From NCBI GenBank assembly GCA_951406725.2, contig OX597822.1:11594001-11658000 (forward strand): 64,000 nucleotides of DNA, written 5' to 3'. The position numbers were made by a program, and so were the translations under genes. This stretch comes from Octopus vulgaris. Its lineage: Eukaryota. Of the stretch, positions 26,450-44,380 are shown piece by piece. The notes under the pieces are model-generated. The model made no database searches and was not told the origin of the DNA. It saw only the letters and a list, made by a program, of their open reading frames with translations. How positions within the stretch are numbered: the stretch's first letter is position 1; each line of letters begins with the position of its first letter.

Positions 26450-27099
26450 TAGAAGTAGAGAGAGAGGTAGGTAAATATATTTGTGATCGGATAAGAAGGC
26501 TGCGTTGTAGAGCAAGGAAAATTGGGAAAAATTCAGCATATGGATTAACAAGAGGCCAGGAAGAAATAAAGCAAAGAGACAAATATTCCTTGCATCAGTT
26601 GTAGACTGATTTCCGGCGATTTGGGTTTTGATAGTTTAACAACGAGATCGCAAGTTGGGATAGTATTCTATAATGTCGAATTAAATGAATTTTCGTTTTT
26701 CCTTGCCAGAAATTGCTTTAAAACAGCGGATTAGAGAGTTGTATTATTCCAAAGTTGTATTATTTAAAGAGAAAAGTGAGCATAATCTATATTTTACAAA
26801 ACTCCATTTCATGTTTGTGTCTTGTGCATATCTTCACAAATATAACTTGTCCGTCACCATCGTTCACCATCTTTTGATACAGTTCCTGAAGAGATCTTAA
26901 TAGACATTGAAACAAGTCCGCTGACATGTTCCATCATGGTTTCAAAACATGCCTTGTACAAGGGTATTCTGAAAAGTTCCTGGCTTTGGGTAAAAGAAAA
27001 TATAAAACCCTCCTTCTTCCCATCCTTCCTCAGCGTCCAATAATACCATATTTGTTCCACGTCCTCGCGTTGTTGTGTTTTCTCTTTGTGTTTTCATGT

Positions 27100-31550
<4,451 letters not shown>

Positions 31551-31879
31551 GTTATCAAAATATTAATAAAGATCAAAACTAATTTATGAATGAGTTAAAT
31601 AGAATAAAGAGAATATTAATAATGGTATTGATTTACTTTGGCAGAAGGCCACATAATTTTGGAGAAAGAGAGAGAGAGAGCGGGAGAGGGTAGTGACAGA
31701 GATGCAGGAAGAGGTTTATATAGTGAAGTATAGTGTAGTGTAATATAGCGGATTTAATCAACCGCAGTGTATGACTGGTACTTTAGTGTAGCTATTCTGG
31801 AAAGTTAATCGACGAAATGCAACTTTAACTTAGAGTGTATATTATTTTGATCTCGGTAATCGGAAGAGTTACAAATGAT

Positions 31880-32283
31880 TTCTTAAGCGCATTCTCTAGA
31901 ATTAAACTGGAGCCCGAAGCAGTGATAGAGAGAACGAATTATAGGTATTTATAAAACTTCTCCATGATAACTGACCATATTATTGAAGCAACAAGATCGG
32001 ATTATAGAGGACAAGCGATACAAAAATTGAGAGATTATAGACTTTGCAATTTCATGTGATAACGGAATGGACACTAAAGAAATAAAAAAAAGAAATAAAA
32101 ACTTGAGAAATATCAGGACATAACGTGAGAGATGAAATGGAGAGATTGTGGAAAACTAAGATGACAGTTATTTATAAAGGAATTGGTGCTTTGCGAACTG
32201 GGATTAAGAATTGCATTGTTGACCTGCAAAAGAATGTCGTCTTATATTCTGCAAGAATTCTCAGAAAAGGTCATGATATTTGA
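31880..32283 (+). pseudogene. 3' end of an RLE-type non-LTR retrotransposon (R4/Dong-like restriction-like endonuclease)
   Basis: Frameshifted pieces read EPEAVIE, TDHIIEATRSD (the RPD motif), IIDFAI, KLEKYQD, RLWKTK, IGAL and LQKNVVLYSARILRK. Confidence 0.75.
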
Positions 32284-32344
32284 GGAGACTCACTGTCAAA
32301 AACTTCAAGACTACATCCCTGTTAAATAATGAAACATGTCATTC

Positions 32345-32722
32345 TTTTATTCTTTTCTTTGTTTCGGTCATTTGACTATTGCCAAGCTGGAGCACCGACT
32401 TTAGTCGAACAAATCGATCCCAGTACTTATTCTTTGTAAGCCAAGTACTTATTCTATCGGTCTATTTTGCCGAACGACTAAGTTACGAGGACGTGGTCAC
32501 ACCAACATCAGTTGTCAAGCGATGTTGGGGTATGGGGAAAAAAAACACACACACATGCATGTATATGTGTACGACGGGCTTCTTTCAGTTTCCGTCTACC
32601 AAATCCACTAACAAATCCACTATAGCAGAAGACACTTGCCCAAGGTGCTATGAAGTGGGACTATAGCTGGAACCATGTGATTGGTAAGCAAACTTCTTAC
32701 CACACATCCACGCCGCCTGCAC
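32345..32722 (-). mobile_element. SINE family A
   Basis: Family A sequence throughout. Confidence 0.8.
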
Positions 32723-32744
32723 CTACGTAATAATTGTATTGATA

Positions 32745-32960
32745 ATAATCCTTTATTACCATAGACACAAGGCCTGAAATTCTGGGGAGTGGTTAAATCA
32801 ATTACATCGACCCCAGTGCTGGACTGATATTTATTTTATCGACCCCGAAAGGATGAAAGGCAAAGCTGATCTGTGCGGAACTTGAACGCAAGAGGTAGAG
32901 AAGGGTGACATGCTTCTAAGCTCCCGCCCACGCTAAACTAACAATTCTGCCAGTACACAA
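32745..32960 (-). mobile_element. SINE family B
   Basis: atcgaccccgaaaggatgaaaggcaaag block. Confidence 0.65.
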
Positions 32961-32987
32961 CCTTAATTGTATTAATATTAATGATGT

Positions 32988-33351
32988 TCTTTTCTTTTAT
33001 TTGTTTCAGTCATTTGACTGTGGCCATGCTGGAGCACCGCATTTTGTCGAGCAAATCGACACCAGCACTTATTCTTTGTAACCCTAGTACTCATTGTATC
33101 GGTCTCTCTTGCCAGAGCGCTAGATGACGGGGATGTAAACACACCAGCATCGGTTGTCAAGCAATGTTGGGGAGACAAACACAGACACACAAACATATAT
33201 ATATACGAAGGGCTTCTTTCAGTTTCCGTCTACCAAATCCACTCACAAGGCTTTGGTCGGCCCCCGGTTATAGTAGAAGACACCTGTCCAAGGTGCCACG
33301 TAGTGGGACTGAACCCGGAACCATATGGTTGGTAAGCAAGCTATTTACCAC
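32988..33351 (-). mobile_element. SINE family A
   Basis: Family A sequence throughout. Confidence 0.8.
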
Positions 33352-33496
33352 GATGACGTTTTCTTTATTGATCACAAATGATTCATAAATACATCGAAAT
33401 CAGCACAGTGTGGGATTATTTAAAATCCAGGTAAAAAATATAAAATAACAAACAGAGAAGCAACAAAATTCAGAGAATGAATATGTAACTATGTTG

Positions 33497-33851
33497 GAGG
33501 TGCAATGACCCAGTGGTTAGGGCAGCGGACTCGTGGTCATAGGATCACGGTTTCGATTCCCAGACCGGCGAAAACACTTAATGTTCCACGAGGCTCCGGC
33601 AGAAGGTGGTGTCGAACCCTGCTATACTCCTTCACAACTTTCTCTCACTATTTTCGCCCGTTTCTGTTGTACCTGTATTTCAAAGGGCCAGCCTTGTCAC
33701 ACTTTCTGTCACGTTGAAACTCCCCCTAGAACTACGTCAAGGTTACACGTGTATGTGGAGTACACGGCCACTTGTATGTTAATTTCACAAGCAGGTTGTT
33801 CTATTGATTAGAAGAACTGGGATCCTCGTCGTCGTAACCAACGGAGTGCCA
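33497..33851 (+). mobile_element. SINE family C
   Basis: gaggtgcaatgacccagtggttagggcagcggactc head and cctcgtcgtcgtaaccaacggagtgcc tail. Confidence 0.8.
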
Positions 33852-33856
33852 AGATA

Positions 33857-33901
<45 letters not shown>

Positions 33902-34564
33902 AGGTATGTGTGTGTGTGTGTGTAACTCTGTGTGTTTGTATGCGTGGTTGTGTGTGTGCCAGTTGTTGTTGTTGCTGTGTGTGTGTGTTAGTATATTTAT
34001 GTATGTATAATGTGTTTTTGTCTGTGCTACGTTGCAAATATACTGCCCTTGACTGTTAAATATTGCCAAAATATTGTTGGAATATCATGACATAGTGGTT
34101 GGCCATCCAAAATTTGACGCTGTAAAAGTTTTCGGTCGCCCTACATAAAAGATTTTATCGAATAAAATTTAAAGGAAACCGAATGGATTTCTGTTATGTA
34201 AGGACAACTCCGGGCATTTCAAAGTCTTTATATAACATGTACTTACAATATGAAAATGTCATATGTATAAACAATGCTATGTCAGGTCATATGCGAAAAA
34301 TTTATCGAAAGATCTTCTTCGATGAAATTTACCGTTCAGTGTCTACGGATAGATATGAGTTTTAGGTTTAGAAGCGACTCCTTTATTCTTATATCGATTC
34401 TTAGTGTATACTCAGTTCTGTTTCTGTGGATGTTGTGATTTATATAGCGTTGTAATAGTATTTGACAAATCTTATTTTATTGGTGCCTAGAAGGATAAAA
34501 TACTTAAATCCTACGCCTCACCTCTATAAGCAGTATAATGCTAAGAAACGCAACTCAGTATTGA

Positions 34565-35235
34565 TTTCGAATTCTGGCAAAATGCCAGCAATTTTTGGGG
34601 AGGGTATAGGTCTGTTACATCGACCCTAGTGATCAACTTGTACTTATTCTATCGACCCGGAAATGATCAAAGGCAAAGCTGACATCATCGGTCTTTGAAC
34701 TCAAAAAGAAACGAGGCGAAAAAAATGGCGTATTTTGTTCATCATGCTAACGATTCTGCTAGCTTACCGCCTTAATAATGGTTTCAAATTTTGGCACAAG
34801 GACAGTAATATCGAGTCAGCGGGTAAGTTGATTACACTGATGTCAGTTCTTAACTGTTACTTATTCTATCAAATCTCAAAGGTTTCGAAAGGCAAAGTCG
34901 ACCTCGGCGAAATTTGAACTCAGAATGTAAAGATGGACAAGATGCCACCAAGCATTTTAACCGGTGTGCTAACGACTTTCCCAGCTCACCTCAACTCAAT
35001 ATCATATGCTGTTTTTTTAAAGGCATCGAGCAGACAGAATCGCTAGTACGCTAGGCAAAAGGCTTAGCGGCATTTCCTCCGTCCTTACGTTCTGAGTTCA
35101 AATTCCGCTGAGGTCGACTTTGCCTTTCATCTTCTCGGGGTCGATAAAATTAGTACCATTTACGCACTGTGGTCGATGCAATCGACGGCCTCTTTCCCCA
35201 AAATTTCAGCTTGTGTGTCTATACTAGAAAGGAAC
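34565..35235. mobile_element. Cluster of three SINE family B copies (two on minus, one on plus)
   Basis: The aaggcaaagtcgacctcggcg and gtcgactttgcctttcatc blocks recur. Confidence 0.65.
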
Positions 35236-35669
35236 ATCATATGCTGTTTTGTCTGGTGTTGCTCTAGTGAATATTCTCATTTAACAAAGGAAGCAAAGAG
35301 GGCAGGTATTTTAGAAGAATTCTCTATTTTTGAAATCAAATCCACTACGGCACATTCATTTTATTTTGTTACTCCCTTCAGAATAATTGCAAGCATGAAT
35401 CCTTAAATCCTCGTAGATCTTCGGAGCAACCTTCTGACACAGAGAATGTTACTCCGTTCAAAGAACGAAGAAAGTCCATCTTTCACCAGGACACACTGAC
35501 AAGGAAAACGAGATGCACAGAGAGCGGTACTTTACTGCCATAACCGGGTTTGACCAGCAACGCATTTTGAGGGCATTTAGGAATAGAAATTGTTCGAAAC
35601 CCAGTTGAATGTTTACACATGCCTGCGAGGGAACGCACACACACACTATATATATATATATATATATAT

Positions 35670-35722
<53 letters not shown>

Positions 35723-35815
35723 ATGTGTGTGTGTGCGCGTGCATGTGTGTGCACCTGTATATCAAACTAATGGGTGTCCTTTAGTGCTCGGAGAAGATAT
35801 AGTGACTGTATAGCT

Positions 35816-36135
35816 AGCACCCCGTCGGTTACGACGAGTGTTCCAGTTGACCACAATCAACAGCACAACCAGCTCGTGAAATCAACGTGCAAGTAGCTGT
35901 GTACCCCGCAAACACGTGTCCCCTTAATATAGTTCTCAGGGAGATCCAGCGTGACACAAAAAGTAACATGGATGTCCCTTTGAAGTACAGGTACAACTCA
36001 TTTTAGCCAGCTGATTCGACTGGGGCAACGTGAAATAAAGTGTCTTGCTCAAGGACGCAACGCGTAGCGAGGAACTGAACTCACAACCTTACGATCCTTA
36101 ACTGAACACCCTAACATCTAAGCCACCTGACTCCA
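35816..36135 (-). mobile_element. tRNA-derived SINE sharing the family C tail
   Basis: ccgtcggttacgacgag is the reverse complement of the family C tail; central block aagtgtcttgctcaagga. Confidence 0.65.
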
Positions 36136-37120
36136 CACATGTCTGTGCACAATACTAAATGTCATGAATTTGCACTACATTTAACTGAGGACACATTTAT
36201 GCGAGGCGTTTGATAAAAACCAGTCATCATCACCTGAGCTGAAGAGTCAGCTTCCATGAGCAGCTCATTAACGAGTGCCAGCTATACTCAATTCTTAGTG
36301 GACTTCCATCATCGTGTAATGTATGTATATTCCTGTGTACATGCATATGTGTGTATGTGTGTGCGTGTGTGTGGTGGTTAAATGATGCTGTAAGAGAAAT
36401 AAAACGAAAAGATCATAGATTTAACCTTATCAGTTCTGCTACTTCACATGGTTTATAAAATTCATATGCTGCTGGATTCCGTAAATACATGTGGAAAAAT
36501 TAAATGAAATGGGTTTTTTTTCAATATATTTCCATAGTTTTGAAATGCAGGGGAAATTTCACTTTTTTCTGCCTGTCTCGGACTCTCTTTACTCTTGTGG
36601 GTTCTAGGTAGTTAGCAGCTGCTAGTTTGATATGAATTCTTGTATATATAATGTATATTTCGTTAGGAACGTAGCAGAGTACAAAATAGAGCACGCTCCC
36701 CTTAGAATTACTTAATAGCCGCTAGTATTACGATACACGTCCAAGTCTAGGTTTAGGCGTTCGTGTGAAAATAAAATTGAATAAGATAGAGTCAACATGA
36801 AGTAGTACGGCTGGACAGTTATTTTGTAATCACTACACATGTCTCCAATCAACGTAATTTTTCTTTTATACAGGTATTTGCTTATGCAACAGTTTACCTG
36901 TATAATGGATGTGTTAGCATCGAAGTCGAAGGTCTTGTATGTAACGAGAACAGCAATTGAATACCACATGAAGAAATACAACTGCATACCATTATACAGG
37001 TAAACCGTTACATAATCAAACACCTCTATATATGAAGAAGTATGTTGTATGGAAACGTGTACTGATTAAAAAATATCTGTCCTACCGTACTCCTTGTTGA
37101 CTCTATCTTATGTATTCAAG

Positions 37121-37165
<45 letters not shown>

Positions 37166-37283
37166 AATCAAGGAACGGCCATAATAGGCCATTCACCCAC
37201 TAGAAATAACAGCCAAAAGCTTCAACCGCAAAATAACATCAATTCCGTAAACCAGGAGAAAATTAAAAAACATTTACCCTGTA

Positions 37284-37390
37284 ATTTCTTAGACGATGCA
37301 CCGTTTCGTCTACTGTTTAATGGTAAACTAACCTGATTAAATTAAATCAAGCCAATCTACCATAGGCCCTTAGATTCATCAGTAAGAAAT
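37284..37390 (-). ncRNA. Type I hammerhead ribozyme, unit 1 (repeated at 37775, 38267, 38761, 39253, 39746)
   Basis: atttctta-CTGATGA-atcta[long hairpin]tagac-GAAA-cggtgcatcg-TC-taagaaat: 8-bp stem I, intact core, GUC cleavage triplet. Confidence 0.85.
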
Positions 37391-40027
37391 AGCCAAGTCG
37401 GAACAGATATTTTTCACGAGGCATTCCCGTTGCTGCCTCGGCAATATCTGACCTAAAATTTTCAAATCGTCGCACTCGCGCCAAATTTATCGGCAGCAAA
37501 TAAATATAAGCCGCCGATTCCATTACGGAATTAACCAGAAAATTCATAATTAATCAATATAGGGTGGCAAAAAAAATTTTGTAGAATTCTTTTGCCACCA
37601 GCGGCCTAGTGGGAAAAAATTAAATAGTCATAAACCATTTTTAAGTTCAACATCACAATCAAGGAACGGCCATAATAGGCCATTCACCCACTAGAAATAA
37701 CAGCCAAAAGCTTCAACCGCAAAATAACATCAATTCCGTAAACCAGGAGAAAATTAAAAAACATTTACCCTGTAATTTCTTAGACGATGCACCGTTTCGT
37801 CTACTGTTTAATGGTAAACTAACCTGATTAAATTAAATCAAGCCAATCTACCATAGGCCCTTAGATTCATCAGTAAGAAATAGCCAAGTCGGAACAGATA
37901 TTTTTCACGAGGCATTCCCGTTGCTGCCTCGGCAATATCTGACCTAAAATTTTCAAATCGTCGCACTCGCGCCAAATTTATCGGCAGCAAATAAATATAA
38001 GCCGCCGATTCCATTACGGAATTAACCAGAAAATTCATAATTAATCAATATAGGGTGGCAAAAAAAAATTTTGTAGAATTCTTTTGCCACCAGCGGCCTA
38101 GTGGGAAAAAATTAAATAGTCATAAACCATTTTTAAGTTCAACATCACAATCAAGGAACGGCCATAATAGGCCATTCACCCACTAGAAATAACAGCCAAA
38201 AGCTTCAACCGCAAAATAACATCAATTCCGTAAACCAGGAGAAAATTAAAAAACATTTACCCTGTAATTTCTTAGACGATGCACCGTTTCGTCTACTGTT
38301 TAATGGTAAACTAACCTGATTAAATTAAATCAAGCCAATCTACCATAGGCCCTTAGATTCATCAGTAAGAAATAGCCAAGTCGGAACAGATATTTTTCAC
38401 GAGGCATTCCCGTTGCTGCCTCGGCAATATCTGACCTAAAATTTTCAAATCGTCGCACTCGCGCCAAATTTATCGGCAGCAAATAAATATAAGCCGCCGA
38501 TTCCATTACGGAATTAACCAGAAAATTCATAATTAATCAATATAGGGTGGCAAAAAAAAAAATTTTGTAGAATTCTTTTGCCACCAGCGGCCTAGTGGGA
38601 AAAAATTAAATAGTCATAAACCATTTTTAAGTTCAACATCACAATCAAGGAACGGCCATAATAGGCCATTCACCCACTAGAAATAACAGCCAAAAGCTTC
38701 AACCGCAAAATAACATCAATTCCGTAAACCAGGAGAAAATTAAAAAACATTTACCCTGTAATTTCTTAGACGATGCACCGTTTCGTCTACTGTTTAATGG
38801 TAAACTAACCTGATTAAATTAAATCAAGCCAATCTACCATAGGCCCTTAGATTCATCAGTAAGAAATAGCCAAGTCGGAACAGATATTTTTCACGAGGCA
38901 TTCCCGTTGCTGCCTCGGCAATATCTGACCTAAAATTTTCAAATCGTCGCACTCGCGCCAAATTTATCGGCAGCAAATAAATATAAGCCGCCGATTCCAT
39001 TACGGAATTAACCAGAAAATTCATAATTAATCAATATAGGGTGGCAAAAAAAAATTTTGTAGAATTCTTTTGCCACCAGCGGCCTAGTGGGAAAAAATTA
39101 AATAGTCATAAACCATTTTTAAGTTCAACATCACAATCAAGGAACGGCCATAATAGGCCATTCACCCACTAGAAATAACAGCCAAAAGCTTCAACCGCAA
39201 AATAACATCAATTCCATAAACCAGGAGAAAATTAAAAAACATTTACCCTGTAATTTCTTAGACGATGCACCGTTTCGTCTACTGTTTAATGGTAAACTAA
39301 CCTGATTAAATTAAATCAAGCCGATCTACCATAGGCCCTTAGATTCATCAGTAAGAAATAGCCAAGTCGGAACAGATATTTTTCACGAGGCATTCCCGTT
39401 GCTGCCTCGGCAATATCTGACCTAAAATTTTCAAATCGTCGCACTCGCGCCAAATTTATCGGCAGCAAATAAATATAAGCCGCCGATTCCATTACGGAAT
39501 TAACCAGAAAATTCATAATTAATCAATATAGGGTGGCAAAAAAAAAATTTTGTAGAATTCTTTTGCCACCAGCGGCCTAGTGGGAAAAAATTAAATAGTC
39601 ATAAACCATTTTTAAGTTCAACATCACAATCAAGGAACGGCCATAATAGGCCATTCACCCACTAGAAATAACAGCCAAAGGCTTCAACCGCAAAATAACA
39701 TCAATTCCGTAAACCAGGAGAAAATTAAAAAACATTTACCCTGTAATTTCTTAGACGATGCACCGTTTCGTCTACTGTTTAATGGTAAACTAACCTGATT
39801 AAATTAAATCAAGCCAATCTACCATAGGCCCTTAGATTCATCAGTAAGAAATAGCCAAGTCGGAACAGATATTTTTCACGAGGCATTCCCGTTGCTGTCT
39901 CGGCAATATCTGACCTAAAATTTTCAAATCGTCGCACTCGCGCCAAATTTATCGGCAGCAAATAAATATAAGCCGCCGATTCCATTACGGAATTAACCAG
40001 AAAATTCATAATTAATCAATATAGGCT

Positions 40028-40134
40028 ATTTCTTACTGATGAATCTAAGGGCCTATGGTAGATTGGCTTGATTTAATTTAATCAGGTTAGTTTACCATTA
40101 AACAGTAGACGAAACGGTGCATCGTCTAAGAAAT
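40028..40134 (+). ncRNA. Type I hammerhead ribozyme, inverted arm copy 1
   Basis: Same motif read directly on the plus strand. Confidence 0.85.
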
Positions 40135-40516
40135 TACAGGGTAAATGTTTTTAATTTTCTCCTGGTTTACGGAATTGATGTTATTTTGCGGTTGAAGCTT
40201 TTGGCTGTTATTTCTAGTGGGTGAATGGCCTATTATGGCCGTTCCTTGATTGTAATGTTGAACTTAAAAATGGTTTATGACTATTTAATTTTTTCCCACT
40301 AGGCCGCTGGTGGCAAAAGAATTCTACAAAATTTTTTTTTGCCACCCTATATTGATTAATTATGAATTTTCTGGTTAATTCCATAATGGAATCGGCGGTT
40401 ATATTTATTTGCTGCCGATAAATTTGGCGCGAGTGCGACGATTTGAAAATTTTAGGTCAGATATTGCCGAGGCAGCAACGGGAATGCCTCGGGAAAATAT
40501 CTGTTCCGACTTGGCT

Positions 40517-40623
40517 ATTTCTTACTGATGAATCTAAGGGCCTATGGTAGATTGGCTTGATTTAATTTAATCAGGTTAGTTTACCATTAAACAGTAGACG
40601 AAACGGTGCATCGTCTAAGAAAT
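40517..40623 (+). ncRNA. Type I hammerhead ribozyme, inverted arm copy 2
   Basis: Same motif read directly on the plus strand. Confidence 0.85.
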
Positions 40624-40852
40624 TACAGGGTAAATGTTTTTTTAATTTTCTCCTGGTTTACGGAATTGATGTTATTTTGCGGTTGAAGCTTTTGGCTGTT
40701 ATTTCTAGTGGGTGAATGGCCTATTATGGCCGTTCCTTGATTGTGATGTTGAACTTAAAAATGGTTTATGACTATTTAATTTTTTCCCACTAGGCCGCTG
40801 GTGGCAAAAGAATTCTACAAATTTATTTTTTTTTTTTGCCACCCTATATTGA

Positions 40853-40902
<50 letters not shown>

Positions 40903-41970
40903 GTGTATATATATACATACATAACAGTAATTGCACTCCAGGTTTTTAAAGTGAGATTACATTTTCCTAGTGAAACGTCTTATCGAGAACAGGAGATCCC
41001 CTACCCCAAGTGGTTCATATGTTAGTTGAACCATACCGGGGCACTAACGGGTGGTACTACTCTGGGTCAGAATTGATCTGGGAACAATAGTGGCTTAAAT
41101 CTGTTTCCACATCCCTGAAAACCTTGTAGCTCGTTTATCAGTGACCCACTTCCTGGTGGAATTTGAGGAAATTCGTTTGGGAGATTCTTCTTCTTGTGTA
41201 TAGTCCTATGGACGAAAGCGGTTTGATGTGGTTCCTTCTTTAACTAGAAAATTTAAAGTGGCGTCCGCGCAACGAAAGAAGCTTACAAACAAATCACCCG
41301 TTTTGCGCATGCTGTACACTGAGGCGTGAAAGTTGCAACAGAGGTAGTAAAACTGTCAAAGGGAGGAGTTTGGTGTTGATTTAGAGTTTTGATCGGCCAA
41401 AGAGATATTATCTTCATGAAATAATTATCGGACATAGAGTGAAATACGAATTACCAAACACATTTGAAACAGTTGATCCTATTGTAATACGAACCAGTTA
41501 GACTTAAGTCTTCGGTGATGAAGTATTAAGATTAAACAATTAAATTATTGATTTAATTATTTCGGCAAGTTTTAAGTATGTTTCTGTCTAATTCTGTTCT
41601 TTTCAGCGGAAAAAGATATCACTGAACTTGCCAAAGCTTATGACGTGGGAAGGACATTTTAATGCGAGAAATTACACAATGGCTTACGTAGAAAAATAAA
41701 TTTATTTATAGAATGGATATAACTAAAATGTCATCTGCACGAAAAATAACATTTAAATTGATGTTAACACATAAAATGCAACGATAATTTAGAAAGCTAA
41801 GTAGAAATGATTATGAATCGACGAAAAACAATTTTACTTAATGGCCAATCGTTTTAATTACTCCTATTTTGCTTTTTGATGCTTCCTGCATTAAATATAT
41901 TAGCATTAACTTTTTTTTTCACACGAATGACATTAGATTTATTTAATAATGATAATCATGATGATGGTGA

Positions 41971-42084
<114 letters not shown>

Positions 42085-42941
42085 CACAACAGCAATTCTA
42101 ATGTGTTTCATTGATAATATTTTATTTTAATGTTGTACTTTACTGCAATATATATGTATAGCTGTTTATCTAACACTATTTTTTTAGACAGACGTATGTT
42201 GTCTGTAGATAGAGTGCTGTCTAAAATCGATCGTCGAATCTGTCGAACAGTCCTTGAAAAAAATAAACCTCCGTGTGCTAGAAATATATTAACCAAACTT
42301 ACTACGAGACAAAACGCCATATATGCAAATTAGCCTTTCTAATTCACAAAGCTATCAACTATGGTAGGTTTACAGGCGGTGTCTCTATGCATACATGAAG
42401 AAAATATTCATTCATTAATGAAATACCAACGTAGGCTCGAGACTAGTCTTGTCTACAGCGCTACATCTCCCCACGAAGACATTGTATACATATAAAGACA
42501 AGCTCTTTGTGGCTTTGTAATTTTTAGCGTTGGCGAAAAGTTTCTACATCTCGTACAATATAACATCGGGATATATTGTCTTGCAATTTGTTGTACAATC
42601 TCGTTAACATACAATTTCCTTCACTGCTTCGCGGTACAAGTCGAAGTCTATACAACAAAATCCTCCCACTGCCACGTCCAATGACATCATCGGCACAAGC
42701 CATAGCACGGGTCCCGGACCCTATGTGTTGCATAGCATTTGTGAAAGCATTTTCGAATTTTCCAATCTAACTGCAGGTAATCTGTACGGCGAAACACCAT
42801 TCCCAATCTTACCTGAAAAACGTACGACGGATTGAAATTCTTAATGCACTTTCAGTCTACAGACAATGGAGCCCGGATCTCAGATCTTCGTGGTTGACAA
42901 TAATGAAAAATTATACGAATCGAGATCAAATTTGCACCACA

Positions 42942-43331
42942 TTCTTTTCTACTCTAGGCACAAGGCCCTAAATTTTGGGGGAGGGGGCCAGTCGATTAGA
43001 TCAACCCCAGTAGGCAACTGGTACTTAATTGATCGACCCCGAAAGGATGAAAAGCGAAGTCGACCTCTACGGAATTTGAGCTCGGAACGTAAAGACAGAC
43101 GAAATACCTATTTCTTTACTACCCACAAGGGGCTAAACACAGAGAGGACAAACAAACAGATTAAGTCGATCATATCGACCCCAGTGCGTAACTGGTACTT
43201 ATTTAATCGACCCCGAAAGGATGAAACGCAAAATCGACCTCGGCGGAATTTGAACTCAGATCGTATCGGCGGACGAAATACGGCTACGCATTTCGCCCGG
43301 CGTGCTAACGTTTCTGCCAGCTCGCCGCCTT
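42942..43331 (-). mobile_element. SINE family B, dimeric
   Basis: Two body copies ending ctgccagctcgccgcctt. Confidence 0.8.
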
Positions 43332-43616
43332 AAAAGTTCTTATTTTTTTATTGCTGCCTTTCAAATTTGCACCATATTGAGAGCTTTATAACTCAGCTGG
43401 TGAGACGGATCTAACTATTTAAGACTGCAATAGAAATAGAAATACCCTGTAAGCGCAGGCATGGTTGTATGGTAAAAAAGCTCGCTTTATAAACCAAGTT
43501 TCAGGTTCAGTGTAGCACCACAGTGTAGCACCACTGTGTAGCACCTTGGGTAAATATCTTCTATAGCAGCGTCGGATCGACTAATGGCTTCCGAGAGAAA
43601 TAGACAAAAACTGTGG

Positions 43617-43733
43617 GTGGAGGTAAAGAATACGCACACCACCAGTTTTCGCCATAAACCTAAACCTAAACGTAACCCTAACCCTAACCCTAAATACCAA
43701 AATCTGGTGGTGTGCGTATTCTTTACCTTCAAC
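43617..43733. mobile_element. Small fold-back MITE with a telomere-like core, inserted in a family A SINE (43452-43840)
   Basis: Perfect 25-bp inverted repeat aggtaaagaatacgcacaccaccag (43621-43645 and 43704-43728) around taaacc/taaccc hexamers. Confidence 0.75.
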
Positions 43734-44338
43734 AAACTGTGTCTATGTGTTTGTCTTTGTGTAAGTGTTTGTTCCACTATCGCTTGACAACCGGTGTCGG
43801 TTTGTTTATGTCCCTATTAGTCCACGGTTTAGCAAAAGAGAAAGTGTACAACAATTCTGAAAAGTTCCACAGAAAGAAATCCAGAACGTCTGAAACTGGC
43901 CTCATCACAGTACAATCCAACAGCAATAATTGCTGTAACTGCATTCGTAATCATCTGTTGACACCTAATAATCATTATATTGCAGTAAGATAATGAATGG
44001 ACGGTAAATCAGTGAATTAGAGGGATATCTATTGAGTGTAAGCAGTATACGAGGTTCGTTATTGAGTGTGATTGTCTGTGCTTGGGTTTGCGCGTGCGTA
44101 GAGTGAGTGAGAAGTAGTATTATGGAAGGATGATGTAACGTGAATTCTTCATGCGAAAATAAATTAACTGAAACGAAACGAGTGGCTCGGGAATGTTGGA
44201 TAAGAAAGTGAACGATACAGAGAGAGGAAATTTATGTGGAAGAAAGAGTCTTATGGAAAGGCAACACGTTAGGGTGTAAGATGAATCGACAGAGAAAGAT
44301 AAAATAAGTAAGATAGTGTAAGACGAAAGGAGAATGAC

Positions 44339-44380
<42 letters not shown>

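Larger units (their letters stand above)
37161..40860. mobile_element. Hammerhead-containing tandem array (retrozyme-like): ~5.8 units with RNA sense on minus plus ~1.7 inverted units
   Basis: Units start at 37161, 37652, 38144, 38638, 39130 and 39623 (491-494 bp, nearly identical). Orientation flips at 40024-40025 (GG microhomology). (TA)n lies on both flanks. Confidence 0.9.

Noticed and set aside
26575-26660. Possible third permuted-hammerhead relative (minus strand gtctacaa-CTGATGC-aaggaatatt with an upstream ttgttaaact)
   Set aside because: The core and stems are too degraded to support without a consensus.
37347-37547. 66-aa ORF repeated in every array unit (MNFLVNSVMES...)
   Set aside because: Against the 56484-56684 copy, all 8 nucleotide differences fall in codons that change the amino acid (7 changes) and none is purely synonymous. 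The ORF overlaps the ribozyme and is broken in the inverted arm, so the constraint looks like RNA structure rather than protein.
37161-40025. CRISPR array or ordinary satellite
   Set aside because: There are no unique spacers or cas genes. Short array length, a dispersed copy, fixed termini and ribozymes fit a retrozyme-like element better.
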